NCBI RefSeq assembly: GCF_009914755.1
Contig: NC_060930.1
Source of the DNA: the human T2T-CHM13v2.0 reference genome, Homo sapiens
Strand: one strand, 5' to 3'
Length of the DNA stretch: 64,000 bases
Shown: positions 1 through 17,318 of the stretch, piece after piece
How positions within the stretch are numbered: the first letter of the stretch is position 1
Layout: each line of letters begins with the position of its first letter
Made by a program: the position numbers and the translations under genes
Notes under the pieces: model-generated
Databases searched by the model: none
What the model saw: only the letters and a program-made list of their open reading frames with translations
Told to the model about the DNA's origin: nothing

Positions 1-1005
1 GATTAAAATTAAATTTTAAAAAGCAAGACCCAATGATCTGTTGACTACAAGAAACATACTTCATCTATAAAGACTCACATAGATTGAAAATAAAGGGATA
101 AAAAAAGATATCCCATGCAAATGGAAACCGAAAAAGAGCAGGAGTAGCTACACTTAGATCAGACAGAATAGGTTTCAAGACAAAAGCTATCAAAAGAGAC
201 AAGGAAGGTCATTATATAATGATAAAGGAATCAATTCAGCAAGAGGATATAACAACTATAAATATATATGCACCCAACACTGGAGCACCCAGATATATAA
301 AGCAAATATTATTAGAGCAAAAGAGAGAGACATACCCCAAGTCAATAATAGCTGGAAACGTCAACACCCAACTTTCAGCATTGGACAGATCATCCAGACA
401 GAAAATCAACAAAGAAACATCAAACTTAATCTGCACAATAGACCAAATGGACCTAATAAATATTTATAGAACATTTCATCCAACAGCTGCAGAATACTCC
501 ACACACTTCTCCTAAACACATGGATTATTCTCAAGGATAGATCAGGATAGGCCACATGTTAGGCCACAAAACAAGTCTTAAGACATTCAGAAAATTGAAA
601 TAATATCAAGTATCTTCTCTGACCACAATTGAATGAAACTAAAAATCAGTAACAAGAGAAAATTTGGAAACTATACAAACACATGTAAATTAAACAATAT
701 GCTCCTCAATGACCAATGGGTCAATGAAGAGATTAAGAAGCAAATTGAAAAATGTCTTGAAACAAATGATAATGGAAACACAACCTATAACAAAACCAAT
801 GGGATGCAGCAAAAGGAGTACTAAAAGGGAAGTTTATAACTAAAAGTGCTTACATCAGTAAAGAAGAAAAACTTCAAATAAACAACCTATTATGCAACCT
901 ACAAGAGCAAGAGCAAACCAAACCCAAAGTTGGTAGGAGAAAGGAAATAAAGATCAGAGCAGAAATAAATGAAATTGAAACAAAGAAAATACAAAAGATT
1001 AACAA

Positions 1006-1449
<444 letters not shown>

Positions 1450-3879
1450 TCAAAGGATCATTAGAGGCTACTGTGAGAAACTATATACCAATAAATTGGA
1501 AAACCTAGAAGAAATGGATAAATTCCTATATACATACAACCTACCAACATTGAACCATGAAGAAATCCAAAACCTGAACAGACCAATAACAAGTAATGAG
1601 ATTGAAGCCATAAAAAAAATTATCCCAGCAAAGAAAAACCTGAAACCTGATGGCTTTACTGTTGAATTCTACCAAACAATGAAAGAAGAACTAATACCAA
1701 TCCTGCTCAAACTATTCCAAAAAGTAGAGGAGAAACAAATACTTCTAAACTCATTCTATGAGGCCAGTGTTATCCTAATACCAAAACCAGACAAAAAATG
1801 CATTTAAAAAAGAAAACTACAGGCCACCATCCCTAATGAACATTGATGGAAAAATCCTTGACAAAATACTAGCAAACCGAATTCAACAACACATTAAAAA
1901 GATCATCCATCATGACCAAGTGAGATTTATCTCAGGGATGCAAGGATGGTTCCTCCTATATTTAGAACACAAAAAAGATGCTCATTTTCACCACTGTTAT
2001 TCAACATAGTACTGAAAGTCCTAGCTACAGCAATCAGAGAAGAGAGAAATAAAGAGCATCCAAATTGGGAAGGAAGAAGTCAAGTTATGCTTGTTTGCAG
2101 ATGATATGATCTTATATTTGGAAAAACCTAGAGTCCCCATCAAAAAACTATTAGAACTGATAAACAAATTCAGTCAAGTTGCAGAATACAAAATAAAATA
2201 CAAAAATCAGCAGCATTTCTATATGCCAACTGCAAACAATCTGAAAAAGAAATTGAGAAAATAATCCCATTTACAATAGCTACAAATAAAATTAAATACC
2301 TAGGAATTAACCAGAGAAGTGAAAGATCTCTACAAAGAAAACTATGAAACACTGATGAAAGATATTAAAGAGGATACAAAAAAAGGAAAGATATTTCATG
2401 TTCATGGATTAGAATAATCATTATTGTTAAAATTTCCATATTTCTCAAAGCAATCTACAAATTCAGAGCAATTCCTAACAAAAATACCAATGACATTCTT
2501 CACATAAATGGAAAAAACAGTGCTAAAATTTATATGGAACCAGAAAATACCCAGAAGAGCCAAAGCTATCCTAAGCAAAAAGAGAAAAACTGGAGAAATC
2601 ACATTACCTGACTTCAAATTATACTACAGAGATATAGTAACCAAAACAAAATGGTACTGGCATAAAAACATATACTGACCAATGGGACAGAAGAGAGAAA
2701 CCAGAAACAAATCCGTACATCCACAGTGAACTCATTTTCGACAAAAGTACCAAGAACATGCAACGAGGAAAGGACAGTCTCTTCAATAAAAGGTGCTGGA
2801 GAAACTGGATATCCATATGAAGAAGAATGAAATTAGACCCCTATCCCTTGCCATATGGAAAAAAATCAAATCAAAATGGGATTAAAAAGTTAAATCTAAG
2901 ACCTCAATCTATGAAACTACTACAAGAAAACATGAGGGAAATTCTCCAGGGCAAGGATTTCTTGAGTAATATCCCACAAGCACAGTCAACCAAGGCAAAA
3001 ATGAACAAATGGGATCACATCACGTGAAAAAGCTTCTGCACAGCAAAGGAAACAATCAACAAAATGAAGAGACAACCCACAGAATGGGAGAAAATATTTG
3101 CAAATTATCCATCTGACAAGAGATTAATAACCAGAATATATAAGGAGCTCTCATGACTGTATAAGAAAAAATAAAATAATCCAATTTTAAAACGGGCAAA
3201 AAATCTAAATAGATATTTCTCAAAAGATGACATTACAAACCACAAACAGGCATATGAAAAGGTGCTCAATATAATTAATCATCAGAGATATGCAAATCAA
3301 ACTGCAATGAGATATCATCTCACTCCAGTAAATGACAGGCACTAACAAATGCTGGCAAGGATTTGGAGACAGGCAATAACAAATGCTGACAAGGATTTGG
3401 AGAAAAGGACAGGCAATAACAAATTCTGGCAAGGATTTGGAGAAAAAGGAACCATTGTACACTGTTGGTGGGAATGTAAATTAGTATAATTTAGCCACTA
3501 TGGAGAAGAGCTTGGAGGTTTCTCATAAAACTAAAAATAGAGCTACCATGTGATCCAGCAATCCCACTGCTAGGTATATTCCCAAAAGAAAGGAAATCAG
3601 TATATCAAAGAGATATCTGCACTCTCATGTTTATTGCAGCACTATACACAATGGCCAAGATTTGGAAGTAACCCAAGCATCCATCAACAGACAGATAAAG
3701 AAAATGTGGCATATATACACAATGGAGTACTATTCAGCCATTAAAAAGAATGAGAACCTGTCATTTGCAGCAACATGGATGCAAGCGGAGCTCATTTTGT
3801 TGAGTAAAATAAGCCAGGCACAGAAAGACAAACTTCACATGGTCTCATTTATTTGTGGAAACTAAGAATTAACAGTTAA

Positions 3880-4265
3880 GGATTAAGAAAATGTGGCACA
3901 TATACACCATGGAATACTATGCAGCCACAAAACAGGATGAGTTCATGTCCTTTGTAGGGACATGGATGAAGCTGGAAACCATCATTCTCAGCAAACTATC
4001 GCAAGGACAGAAAATCAAACACCACATGTTCTCACTCATAGGTGGGAATTGAACAATGAGAACACTTGGACACAGGATGGGGAACATCACATACTGGGGC
4101 CTGTCATGGGGTGGGGGAGAGGGGAGGGATAGCATTAGGAGAAATACCTAATGTAGATGATGAGTTAATGGGTGCAGCACACCAACATGGCACATGTATA
4201 CATATATAACAAACCTGCACATTGTGCACATGTACCCTAGAACTTAAAGTATAATAATTAAAAAA
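3880..4265 (+). mobile_element. 5'-truncated L1PA 3' end nested in the older L1
   Basis: L1PA 3'UTR (ggtgggaattgaacaatgagaacac...tgtaccctagaacttaaagtataat); TSD aattaacagttaa at 3867-3879 and 4266-4278. Confidence 0.93.
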
Positions 4266-4659
4266 AATTAACAGTTAAACTCACAAAGATAGAGAGTAGA
4301 ATGACGGGTACCAGAGTATGAGAAGGGTAGTGGAGAGAGTGAGCAGAGAGGGAAGCGGAGATGGTTAATGGACACCAAAAAAAACCAGAAAGAGTGAATA
4401 ACGTCTAGTATTTGAAAGTACAAAAGTGTGACTATAGTCAGTAATAATTTAATTGTACATTTTAAAATAATTAAGAGTATAATTGGATTATTTGTAACAC
4501 AAAGGATAAATGCTTGAGGTGATGGATACCTCTTTTACCCTGATATCATCATTACATATCGCATGCAAGTATCAAAATATCCCACATAACTCATAAATAT
4601 ATATAACTACTGTGTACCCACAAAAATTAAAAATTATTAATAAATTATTAGTTTGATTT

Positions 4660-5075
4660 AAAAAAAACAAGGATGCTCACTTTTGCCACTTCTATTCAAT
4701 ATAGTAGTGGAAGTCCATGCCAGAGCAGTTAGACAAGAGAAAGAAATAAAAGGCATCCAAATAAGAAAGGAAGAAAGGAAATTTTTGCTGTTTGCTGACA
4801 ACATAATCTTATATATAGAAAACCCTAAAGATTCCAGAAAAAAACTGCTAGAACTAATAAATTCAGTACAGTTACAGGAGACACAATCAACACCACAAAA
4901 ATCACTAGCATTTCTATACACTAACAACAAACTTTCCAAAAAAGAAATCAAGAGAGCAATCCCATTTACAGTAGCTACAAAAATTAAAATACTTAGGAAT
5001 AAATTTAACCAAGGAGCTGAAAGACCTGTACACAGTAGTCTATAAAATATTAAAAAAATAAATTGAAGAAGTCAC
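4660..5075 (+). mobile_element. Separate L1 ORF2 RT fragment
   Basis: ORF 4683..5045 PLLFNIVVEV...LFADNIILYIENPKDS. Confidence 0.9.
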
Positions 5076-5876
5076 TAATCCTTTTTAAATCCACCATGCC
5101 CCAGTCCAGCTGAACAACTCATACTTTTCAGAATCTACTCTATGTGTTCTCACTGTTCTGCAGCTAGCCACCTCTTTCTCCTCCCTAGATCACCTTCTTT
5201 ATCATTTCTGCTTCTCAAAATGTTACCCCTCTTTCAAAGCCCAGGTATGATGACATCTCCCTAGTAAAGCTCCCTCAACACCTCAAGCTTATAATAACTA
5301 ATCTCTTCCTTGAATTCCCATAGCAGGTTATTTGTACCTCCATTATAATACCTCTCTCATCCTGTTTTGTATTTTAATTATTCATGTGTGGCATGTTTCT
5401 CTTATTAGGCCATAAATATCTTAGGACAAGAACTATGCCCTCATTTTTGTTCCACTACAAATCTTAACACATACCTTGCACACACCAGACCTTCAGGAAA
5501 TGCCTGCTAAGGTAACGAAGGGACAGCCTAAATTAACATAAATTATTATTTGTGTACTGATCCAGTCCTAAATCCATGGTGCTATCATTTCTGTATCACT
5601 GATGGTTATCCACTTACTTAAATAATCTTTCCTTAAATACACTTAGAAAAGACGGAAAACTGTGTTATAAGGGAGGAACAAGTATGTAGGTTATTCCTTT
5701 CCTTAAACAAAGAGAAGTTCTGTCATGCGTCACGGAAAATTAAAGCACAGTAATAAAAAGCACGAACAAGATTTGTTGAATAATGATTTAGTGGAAACGT
5801 TGCTTGCCTCCTGTTCATAGGTCCTAACTTTCCTCTCAAGTACTTAAGCTGCACATTCTATTTATTTTGTTTCTAG

Positions 5877-6044
<168 letters not shown>

Positions 6045-7005
6045 TGAGCTCTCACAAATTCGTATGCTTGGGAACATATCTATATCATTTACAAATATAA
6101 TTTTTCCGATATAATGTTGACTTTTCTAAATATATCTACTTGGATAATTTATAAAATATGGTCTTCCCTTGGAGACACTTAATCTGAGACTTTATTTAAT
6201 GTAGGCTCATACTTTGTGACCAAATAATCATTCAGATGGCTCACTTTTTAGGCAACATGCTACTAAGACATTTAAAATATTTGCAAAGATTTAAAGCTAT
6301 ATTCTTTTAAAACTGATCCTTCCAATTTGGTTTATAATGTGTGCTACTTAAGAGACAGATGTGCACAATGGAGTATTTTTCTCTTCAGATCCATTTGAGT
6401 GAAAAGCATATGACCTTAAAGGGTGTTAAACATGTCAGATGATTTATTCATTGTGTCATCATCATTGATTTTTTTAATGAGCAGTTTCTGTATCTTATCA
6501 GAATAAAGGGCACATTTATCTGCCCCCAAGCTTCTGATTATTTTCTCCTTAGTGAATGAAGCCTGCCTTTCTCATGCTTTTATTCTCTTGTGTCTTTAAA
6601 GGCAGCTGTTCAAAATATTACAGTTTGCCCCCATTTCCAAGTTCTTGCTTTTGTTCGCTCCACCTGGGGTAGGGAAGGAGGAGCCAATAAAAAGGAGGGT
6701 TAACGCGGTGGGAGCAGAAGTGCTTAAGGAAAATAGATCCAGTCTTGCTCCAGACACAGCTCAAGCTGTGCCAACCAGAGACCCCAGAGCACCTCTCCAA
6801 AGCTCTTTTAGGTGGTAGGGCTTCTCCTCTGCCTATTAATAAGTGCAGAGAACACCCTTGTCCCACCAGTGCCCAACTTGAGATTCACCAGATCGTTCTG
6901 CCCCAGAACACTCAAAATCACAGAAAAGAGACTGAAAAGGCCATGCATATGCTTGGGTACTAGACCTCAGTTTGAATACATCTTTGTCACATACTAACTA
7001 TATGA

Positions 7006-7392
7006 CTGCTTTAGTTTACTAGGGCTGCCTTAACAAGTACCACAGACTGGGTGACTTAAACAATAGAAAGGTATTGTCTCACAGTTCCCAAGACTGGACG
7101 TCCAAAATCAAAGCATTGAGAAACCACGAGAGCCATGAGAGAAAGAACTGTTCCAGGCCTCTCTTCTTGGCTTATAGATGGCTCTTCTTCCTGTGTCTTC
7201 ACATCATCTGTGTCCAAATTTCTACTTCCTAGAAGAACACCAGTCATATTTGATTAGGGTCCATCCTAATGACCTCGTTTTAACTTGATTACCTCTGTAA
7301 GGACCCTATTTTCAAACAAGGTCACATTCTGAGGTCATGGGGATTAGGACTTCAACATATGAATTTTGGAAGGACGCAATTCAGCCTGAACA
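7006..7392 (-). mobile_element. MaLR solo LTR (MLT1B/C-like)
   Basis: ttagtttactagggctgcc...tctcacagttc...ttcaacatatgaatttt, the reverse-complement MLT1 pattern. Confidence 0.8.
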
Positions 7393-9163
7393 GTGACCCT
7401 GAATAAGTTTCTTTTTTAATAGAATGGAGGAAGAATTATTGAGCCCAGAGAAATTTTGTGCGGACCAATGTAATAATGTAAGTCAAGTGCTTGTCATGAA
7501 GAGAACTCTCAATAAATGTTACTTCCCTTTGCCTGTATGAATCTAGAAATACATGTTTCCTGGAACAAAACGATGAAATCCAGGAGAATTAAAAAAAAAA
7601 ATCTTACGTATCCAAGGCAACTTCATCTGGCAATCTCAACAATTCAGAACAGAGAAGAGATTCACTCAATAATCAGATTCCCTACAGGAAAATACCTTTA
7701 GAAACAATACAACGCAGTCTTGGGTTTTTTCCCAAAATAATGGCACAAAATAATTGCAACTTTTGTGTTTATATTTATCCTGAGGCCACATGTAGAGCAA
7801 CCTCTATGATTCAGTGAAAAACTATGAACAAGGAGGTAGGCAACCTCTGGGCTGTTGAAATAGACAACAGGCTATGTTCTGTCCTCATAGGAGAGCCACT
7901 TGAGACCTAATTCATAACCTAGTCTTCATTCAGAGAAAATTCTGATAAACTCACCTATATGGTTTCACAATTCTTTGAAGATTATAAACAATAAATATAG
8001 AGGAAGATGATAGAACAAACACTGCAACAGAAAGAAATGGTAAAAGACTAACAGCAAAGAAGGGAAAAGGAAATCTGTGAGTAGCAAGCAGACATCAATG
8101 TTCAAAATGTGTATCCTGTCAGTAAAAATAAAATTAAATTAAAAGGGAAAACAAAATGTATGAAGATCTAGGGCCAATTAGTGTTAGGGTCAACAAACCT
8201 CTGGAAGTTGGCTGCACCCAGCACAGCAAAAAGGCAGTCCCCATAATGAAACTCTAAACTATCACAGGGAGGTTAAATATGTCACTAGGTTAAGTTAAAG
8301 GTCAGAGACTAAGTAGTCATTCTTGGAAATGTTTCCAATAAAGTAAGTATGAAATTTTTATATGCAAATTAAATTAACCTATGTTGGAAATCTGAAAATT
8401 TTGCTTTCACAGAAAATTACATTTCTTAAGAACCCCAAGAAAAGTAACCTCTACTAAGGATCTTTTACTGAAACTTCACAATATTTTCTGAGTCCTTATT
8501 TATTAAATGAAAGACTGAATGGTCCATATATACCTTTAGAAAAAAACAAGATTGCCAGAGATTTTATTATATCCTGTGTATCTGCCAACCAAAAGAGTTG
8601 TCTGATTGAAATTTAGGAAGACACATTGACATTTTGCTGAGAAAGCTAGAGGTGGATTGTGGGCTGCCCCTATGTAGGGTTCCTCCCACCCAGGACACCT
8701 GAGAACCAAGAAAGAAAAGAGCCTTTCTCCATCTTACCCTCAAAGCAGAAGGGCCATCCTGCACATCACAGAGTCATACAAGCCACCCATCCAAAGCGCC
8801 ACTGTGGGGTCACTTCCCCTGGTGCCCGCTCCATCTCTGGGCTAATGAGCTCACAGAAGAAGCCCCAGCTCCCCTGTGTTACCCTGATATGCAGGTCTTT
8901 CTCCTTTTTAGAGTGCTCCCTTGTCTTCTGCTAGATATTCCTGCTAAGAGTATTTTCATTGATGAAGAAATTGAGTTTTATAGAGACTGAATTCCTTGAG
9001 ACCTCCAGCTAGTAAATTCAGTGCAAGAACTAGTGCTGTTTGACTCAAGATATTAACCATTCCATTAAAAATATTGGCCACTGTAATCCTTAACAATATT
9101 AACTAAATGTAATTATTGCATATAATAACATGTTAAAAACCGTTTAAAAAAACAGGGCATCTT

Positions 9164-9489
<326 letters not shown>

Positions 9490-11925
9490 CTATTTGCTAT
9501 GTGTGGGTTACAAATTAGGTTCATTTAATCCAGAAGATAATGAAGGGTAAATTTCTTTACATTTATTGGTGTCAGTATTTGAAGGGATGACATATATGTT
9601 CAAAGCTTAAGCCATGTTTTATGTGTGTATATACAAATATAATAGACCTTATTTTCACAGACTTCTGTTTAGGTGCACCAAGCTGTGTACTAAGAGAGAG
9701 GTGGAAAAAAATTGGAAAGGAGCCATGATGAGACAATAAGCAGACCTGGTTTAATAACTGCTGTAATGTACAGTCTGGCGCAAGAAATACGTAGTGAACA
9801 TTTACCATTCACTAATATATGTTACCGAGCAATGCCAATGTGATTTTCAGCACATTTTAGATTGTTTGGCAGATGATAAATTTGTGCTATGTAGGGCCTG
9901 TCTTTATTTTCCAAAGGGGATTAAACTCCGAACCTCACATCCACATCATAAGTGCTCAAAATGGTAGCTAGTGCTGTTAATTCAATGTCTGCAAAATCTA
10001 AATTATGCTCCATACAAGTGGATTATACACATATATGCACATAAATGCATGTATATATACTACATATTATAAATATATGCCAGAAATTTTGGTATTTCAT
10101 ATTCTCTTACATGTCTACACTTTATGAAAAGTAGTATTAAAGGGAAAATAAAGAAATCTTTCCTAAATGATCTTACACAGCAGAAAAAAATTAGAAGTTA
10201 CAAATGACTTAAGTTGTTCTGGATTTAGAAATGGAGGGGCATTTTTATAACACCTAAATGGAGGGAAATGTTGTTTAAATCTATAAACCAGATCACAGAG
10301 ACCAGGTTTTTATAAAGCTTAGTTTGTACAATCACAACCTGTATGAGATAGAGATCTTAGACAGCGTAAGACAGTCACTGAAAAGGAGAGATGGAAAACA
10401 GAACCTCTGATGTAATTTCTAATTTCATAGTACAGTCATTTATACTAATTAATAATGGAGTAGATCATTGCTCACGAGTAGCAAATAGTATTATCAGACC
10501 ACTGCATATTTTAAACATGATTGCATTACTTATTGTCTGGTTATTGTCACTGATGTACTCAGAAGTGTGGAATCTCAAGATAAGAAGGAAGGTTAAAGGT
10601 TATCTAGAGCCCAAAAATATCTCAGCCAAGTTGTTATTCAGTTGAGACTTAACACCTTCTAGAAATGAAAAACCCACCACCTCTCCAGACAGCCTATAGC
10701 ATCTTTGAACCATCTTTGAGCTACTCTAAAAATAAAAAGAAAAGAAAAGCAACCATTCCTTACCTGTAGCAAATACTGACTTAGTGCTTATAAAATGTCC
10801 ATCTCTAACGAAAGGGTTAGACTCCTTGAAGTTTAATAAAAAACTAATAATTTATAGCTAGCAAGTAAAATCCACAGACTTGAAAGCAGCAGAGCTCCCA
10901 GCCCCATGCTAATAAACTCAAGAGTTAAAGACAAAGCCCAGAGACTGAATTTAGCAAGCTCCAAAAGCCAACCCAAGGCTGAGACAAAGCATCTTGTTTT
11001 TACAAATGTTAGTAGACCAGAGCAAATTGAAAAGAGTGGGGGACATCAAAGAACCAGAATTTTGGCAGATCAAGATGATAAGCAGAAGAAAAGCAAACTG
11101 GCCCAAAACTAATGTAAACCTAGAAGGGAATACTAATCTTACTAATCCCAAAAACTGAATAGGTGAGCCAAAATAAAAAAGGCAAGGAATGGTAAAAGTG
11201 TGAATTAAAATGGGAATGTGCTTTGCAATGATCCACGTTCTTGTCTCTAGTGTACAAATGGGCAAAATAGAAAACCTTCTACTCTGTATCTTCAAAACTG
11301 AGTATCCCTGCTCTCCATTTTACTTTTCTTTTAGTAGGTGTACAGTTATAACATTATAAAGAACTACAGCTGGGACAGATTTTATACAGTCCTCTCTCCT
11401 CCATTTCATGAATAGAGAATCTAACTTTCAGAGTCTCATCAAAGTGCTAGAAGTATTCCCATGTTCACAGCAGTGAGACTTTAACTCCCTCAGATTTAAA
11501 ATCCAGCTCTGTCCCAAGTTGAAATTCATGTTCTCTACATTCCATCACTGGATGAGACCATTCAATCTAACTTAGGCAAAAAGAAATGTCACAGAGAAGG
11601 CCACACACACAAAAAAAAATTTTATTGTGATTTTATTTATAATCATGGTGCCTATGCTATACCACAAAAGATAATAAATGACAATGCCTAATTGACTTAC
11701 TAAAGAACAGAAGTTGTATCTCCTGGCAGTATTGCCCAACAATTTGCCATTGGCTATTGGTATTATAATGGAGATAAATACTGCTTATTTTAATAAGTAA
11801 CATGTTTATGGACAGGTTACATACCGTTTGTCTTCTCTCAGACTCATTTTAGTGACTTTTTAATATTTGTATTATTTAACAGTGCTTTTGAAATTTTTGA
11901 GTGCCATTTTTGTATTTTGTTCCAG

Positions 11926-12021
11926 GGCATTCTTGGCTCAGGTTTTGCATTAAAAGTACAAGAACAACACCGCCAGAAACACTTTGAGAAAAGAAGGAAC
12001 CCAGCTGCCAACCTCATTCAG
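11926..12021 (+). CDS. KCNQ5: KCNQ5 coding exon (~7): end of S6 into helix A
   Basis: ttttgttccag|GGC...CAG|gtaaat; 96 nt; [32 protein letters not shown], in frame with the previous exon. Confidence 0.98.
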
Positions 12022-12889
12022 GTAAATGTCAATGTAATAGGTAGATGGCAACATTTGTGTCCATAGTGCTTGATGGGTCATTTTCCAATCTCTGTGCTTC
12101 ATTGCTTGGTAGAACTACTGCTTTGTTCCTTTTCATAAAATGAAGTCAGAACTTAATGTACAGTCTTGGATTTGGACAGTCTTGGATTTGTTCCTCCTCT
12201 CCCAAACTGAAACACATGTATTTTTAGCAAATGGTCCATGCATTGTTCAGACTAAGTAACCATGTCAGCAAGGCCATGCAAAGGTTAGCAGTTGTGTGGC
12301 TCGTGGAATTATCTAATATGTCTTATGAATTACTTGATGAAACGTAATTGATCATTAAGTGATGGAGCAGAACAGGGCATTGTTCCCTGCATTCCAATTA
12401 CTTTCTCCAGCCAGATGTATGTTGCTGTTTTAAAGAACAACATATTTGTTTAGAATGTCAAGGTTTAATACCTGTGAAATTGCTTTTAGTGCCATCTAGG
12501 GCAGTTAGCGGAAATAGCTATCCTATTTTGAGAGCTGATGGGACTATGGAATACATCAGTGTTTGAGAATATTAAACAATAAGTATATAATTTGAAGCTA
12601 GCTCCTAATACATAGGTTGTTATTTAGTATTTCATTTTCTTTTCACTAACTCAGGATTAGCTTCAGCACTAAAAGGAATGCTTCTCCTTTTGCCATCCAT
12701 ATATTTTCCATCCTAGATCCAGGTTAAGAATCACAAAATATATTTTTTGTTAGATTCATAATGTAGAGTTGACATTTAGTTATGGACAAAATAATTCTAC
12801 AATCTAAAGTTTCTCCCCTCCTGCTAGGGAAGTGGAAGCTACCGAATTTCTAAACTGGAGGGTCTTGAAGTGGTGCTCCAAGGCCCTAG

Positions 12890-13263
<374 letters not shown>

Positions 13264-14054
13264 CAAGCACACTGTTTTAATTTAGATTGTAGGTTTGGGT
13301 GGGTGGGTTGGTGGGAGATAACCACCACAACCCCTACCTTTAGTGTTGATCTGTGACTGTGATATATGCAGTGCCTCCCACAGACATGGAGCTGGGGAAA
13401 GAAGGGGGCAGTATGGTTCAGTTATATCATGAAGGAGATCTGTTTATATCTAATCATTAAATGAGGATATTAATTTTTAAATCAAGCTATTCTGCAACTG
13501 TTGACAAGAAAGTAGACCATCAGGCATGACTTCCAGTGCAAATCACTGAGAATCTCTATTTTTTTACATTATTTTTTACAATTTTTTTTTTTTTACATAT
13601 TCTTTACAGGTTTTAAAAGGTCACTAAAGAGAAAGTAAACTCTATTTTCTTATATGAAGTTGGAGTTTAAGATCTGATGCCAAACAATAATCAGCAGAAT
13701 GAAAAGAGGAGTCACACACTTTAGGACACACGCAAAATACCCCAAGGTCCAGAATTCATAGGCTTTCATCCTTTAGCACTCCTTAACTGGTTACACATGT
13801 TCCAATACTTCTAATAAGTTTTTCTCTTTACTGTTCTTATCCTTTAATTTTCCTTCACTCTAGAACAACGTTTTCCAACCTGTGAGTGCAGAAGTTATTG
13901 CATGGGTTCCTTTCATCCGTCTGAGCACCAAGCTCTGTCTACATATGGAACCAATAATACATTTTACACAATAAAACCTCTTGGAATATCAGCTGTTTTG
14001 TTAGAAAGTGAGCTCTTTGAGGAATTTCTCATGCACATATCAATTGTGATGATA

Positions 14055-14200
14055 CAAAGCTGTGCCGCTCAATACAGTAACCACTAGCTACATGTAGCTT
14101 TTTACATTTAAATTAATTAAAATTAAAAACCAAGTTTGCCAATGGCACTAGCCACTTCTCAAGTGTTCAATAGCTACAGGTGGCTATCGGCTGCCATACC
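14055..14200. mobile_element. MER3/MER33-like hAT fossil
   Basis: caatacagtaaccactagctacatgtagc...ctagccacttctcaagtgttcaatagctacaggtggcta. Confidence 0.65.
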
Positions 14201-15641
14201 ATACAAGAGAAATATAGAGAATAACTGCAGGAAATCTCCTGATCTAACTTGTCATTATTGACTACTAAACTGTGCAACAATAATTTCCAATTGAACTTGA
14301 AAATAAATTGTTATTTCTACAGCAAATCATTGGAGCAGAGGCATTTATATGTCTACAGTCAAAATGAGGCAAGGCCTCCCTCACAGGTAACCCTGTGGAG
14401 GACAGGCTAATTGAACAGTTTTACTTGGAGGCCTAGAATTTTATTTTATGGAACTGGGTTATGTAACATATATTGTGATCAGTAATTGAACTTGTACAAA
14501 TGCAGGTAACAATGAAGTAAAATCGTGAGTTTTTATTTTACTTAAAACTCCAACTTAAATGTTGTTCTTAACAAAAATAATGCAAAATGGAATGCTTGAA
14601 GCATTCAAGAGTACTTTTAAAATCTAATCATAGTTTCATTAATCAAAGTAGAATCTACTAATTTTAAAAGCAAGTGCTCCTTCATTTAAATGCAATTAAT
14701 TTATTACACATAGAAATAATAATATAATTATTAATTTGTTCATTGTTCTTCCTTGCTATAGTCTTTAGACAGAATTCAAGGCTTTAAGCCTTGATTATAT
14801 ATTATAGAAATTTATATTTCAGGATGTAATAGATTGAAAAGCAAACTTCATTTAATCATCCTTTCACCTTCTTACCCAATAAACCTGACTTGGTCTGCTG
14901 AACACACAAACCATCAAGCCCAAAAGCGTCTCATTTATTTTAGGCCAGAGTCACTGTCTTCTTAAAAGGGCAACTGAGATGCCCAAATTGCTTCATCATT
15001 TGGTTGGTGAGAGAACTAAATTAACCAACATTTCAGGGTTTTAGGAAAAAAATTTAAAACCCCAGAAGCTTGCAGCAAATTTAGCTGTGTCAATATCTTT
15101 GCATGATTCTTTTAAATTTGCTTTTCATTTCAAGCTGGAGCAGTCTGGAAAAAGAAATTAGCTCTCAGTAATGTTTTGAATACCTGCCCAAATGTCACAA
15201 CTTTTATTAATAATGCTTAAGACTCATGAAGTGCTTTTTAGTTTGCAGGGTGCTTCTAATACATTATGTTACTTGATCCTCGAGACAAGCCTAGGAGGAG
15301 CTAGGACTCAAATCCCTGCTGTCTGAATCTGAATCCATTACCCCTTTCAAAAAGCAGCATTTACATCCTCATAAATATATGCTTTATTAGAAACAGAAAC
15401 AGGGAATTAAGTAAAAGTTTGTGAAATAAATGTTGGTAGGGATAGATTAGAAGATGTTGCTTTGATGCCAACTGACCCAAAAGAAAAATATATATATTTG
15501 TCTTGAAACTTTGGCTTCCCCTAGTAAAATGACTTAGTCTCCACCCAATTACCCTAAAGCGAAGCCACTAGTCATTAAGCTCAAGCCACTTATATAGAGA
15601 TTTTACATCTTTTTAGTGCTCCAGTCATAAATAAAAACAGT

Positions 15642-15768
15642 GCCAGGTGTGGTGACTCATGCCCGTAATCCCAGCATTTTGAGAGGGCAAGGTGGGAGGA
15701 TTGCTTGAGTTCAAGATCAGTCTGGGCAATATAGTGAGACCACATTTCTTTAATAAATAAATAAATAA
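15642..15768 (+). mobile_element. Alu monomer (FLAM-like)
   Basis: Single left arm followed by (TAAA)n tail. Confidence 0.85.
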
Positions 15769-15789
15769 GAACAGACTCAGAAAAAAAAA

Positions 15790-17318
<1,529 letters not shown>

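Noticed and set aside
3334-3448. Three ~35-40-bp repeats resembling a CRISPR-like array
   Set aside because: Head-to-tail duplication of L1 sequence with no unique spacers; eukaryotic context
8795-8812. CTCF-like gcgccactgtgggg after exon 6
   Set aside because: Lacks the invariant central AG of the core motif
12161-12190. 16-bp tandem duplication cagtcttggatttgga
   Set aside because: Simple slippage duplication with no functional cue
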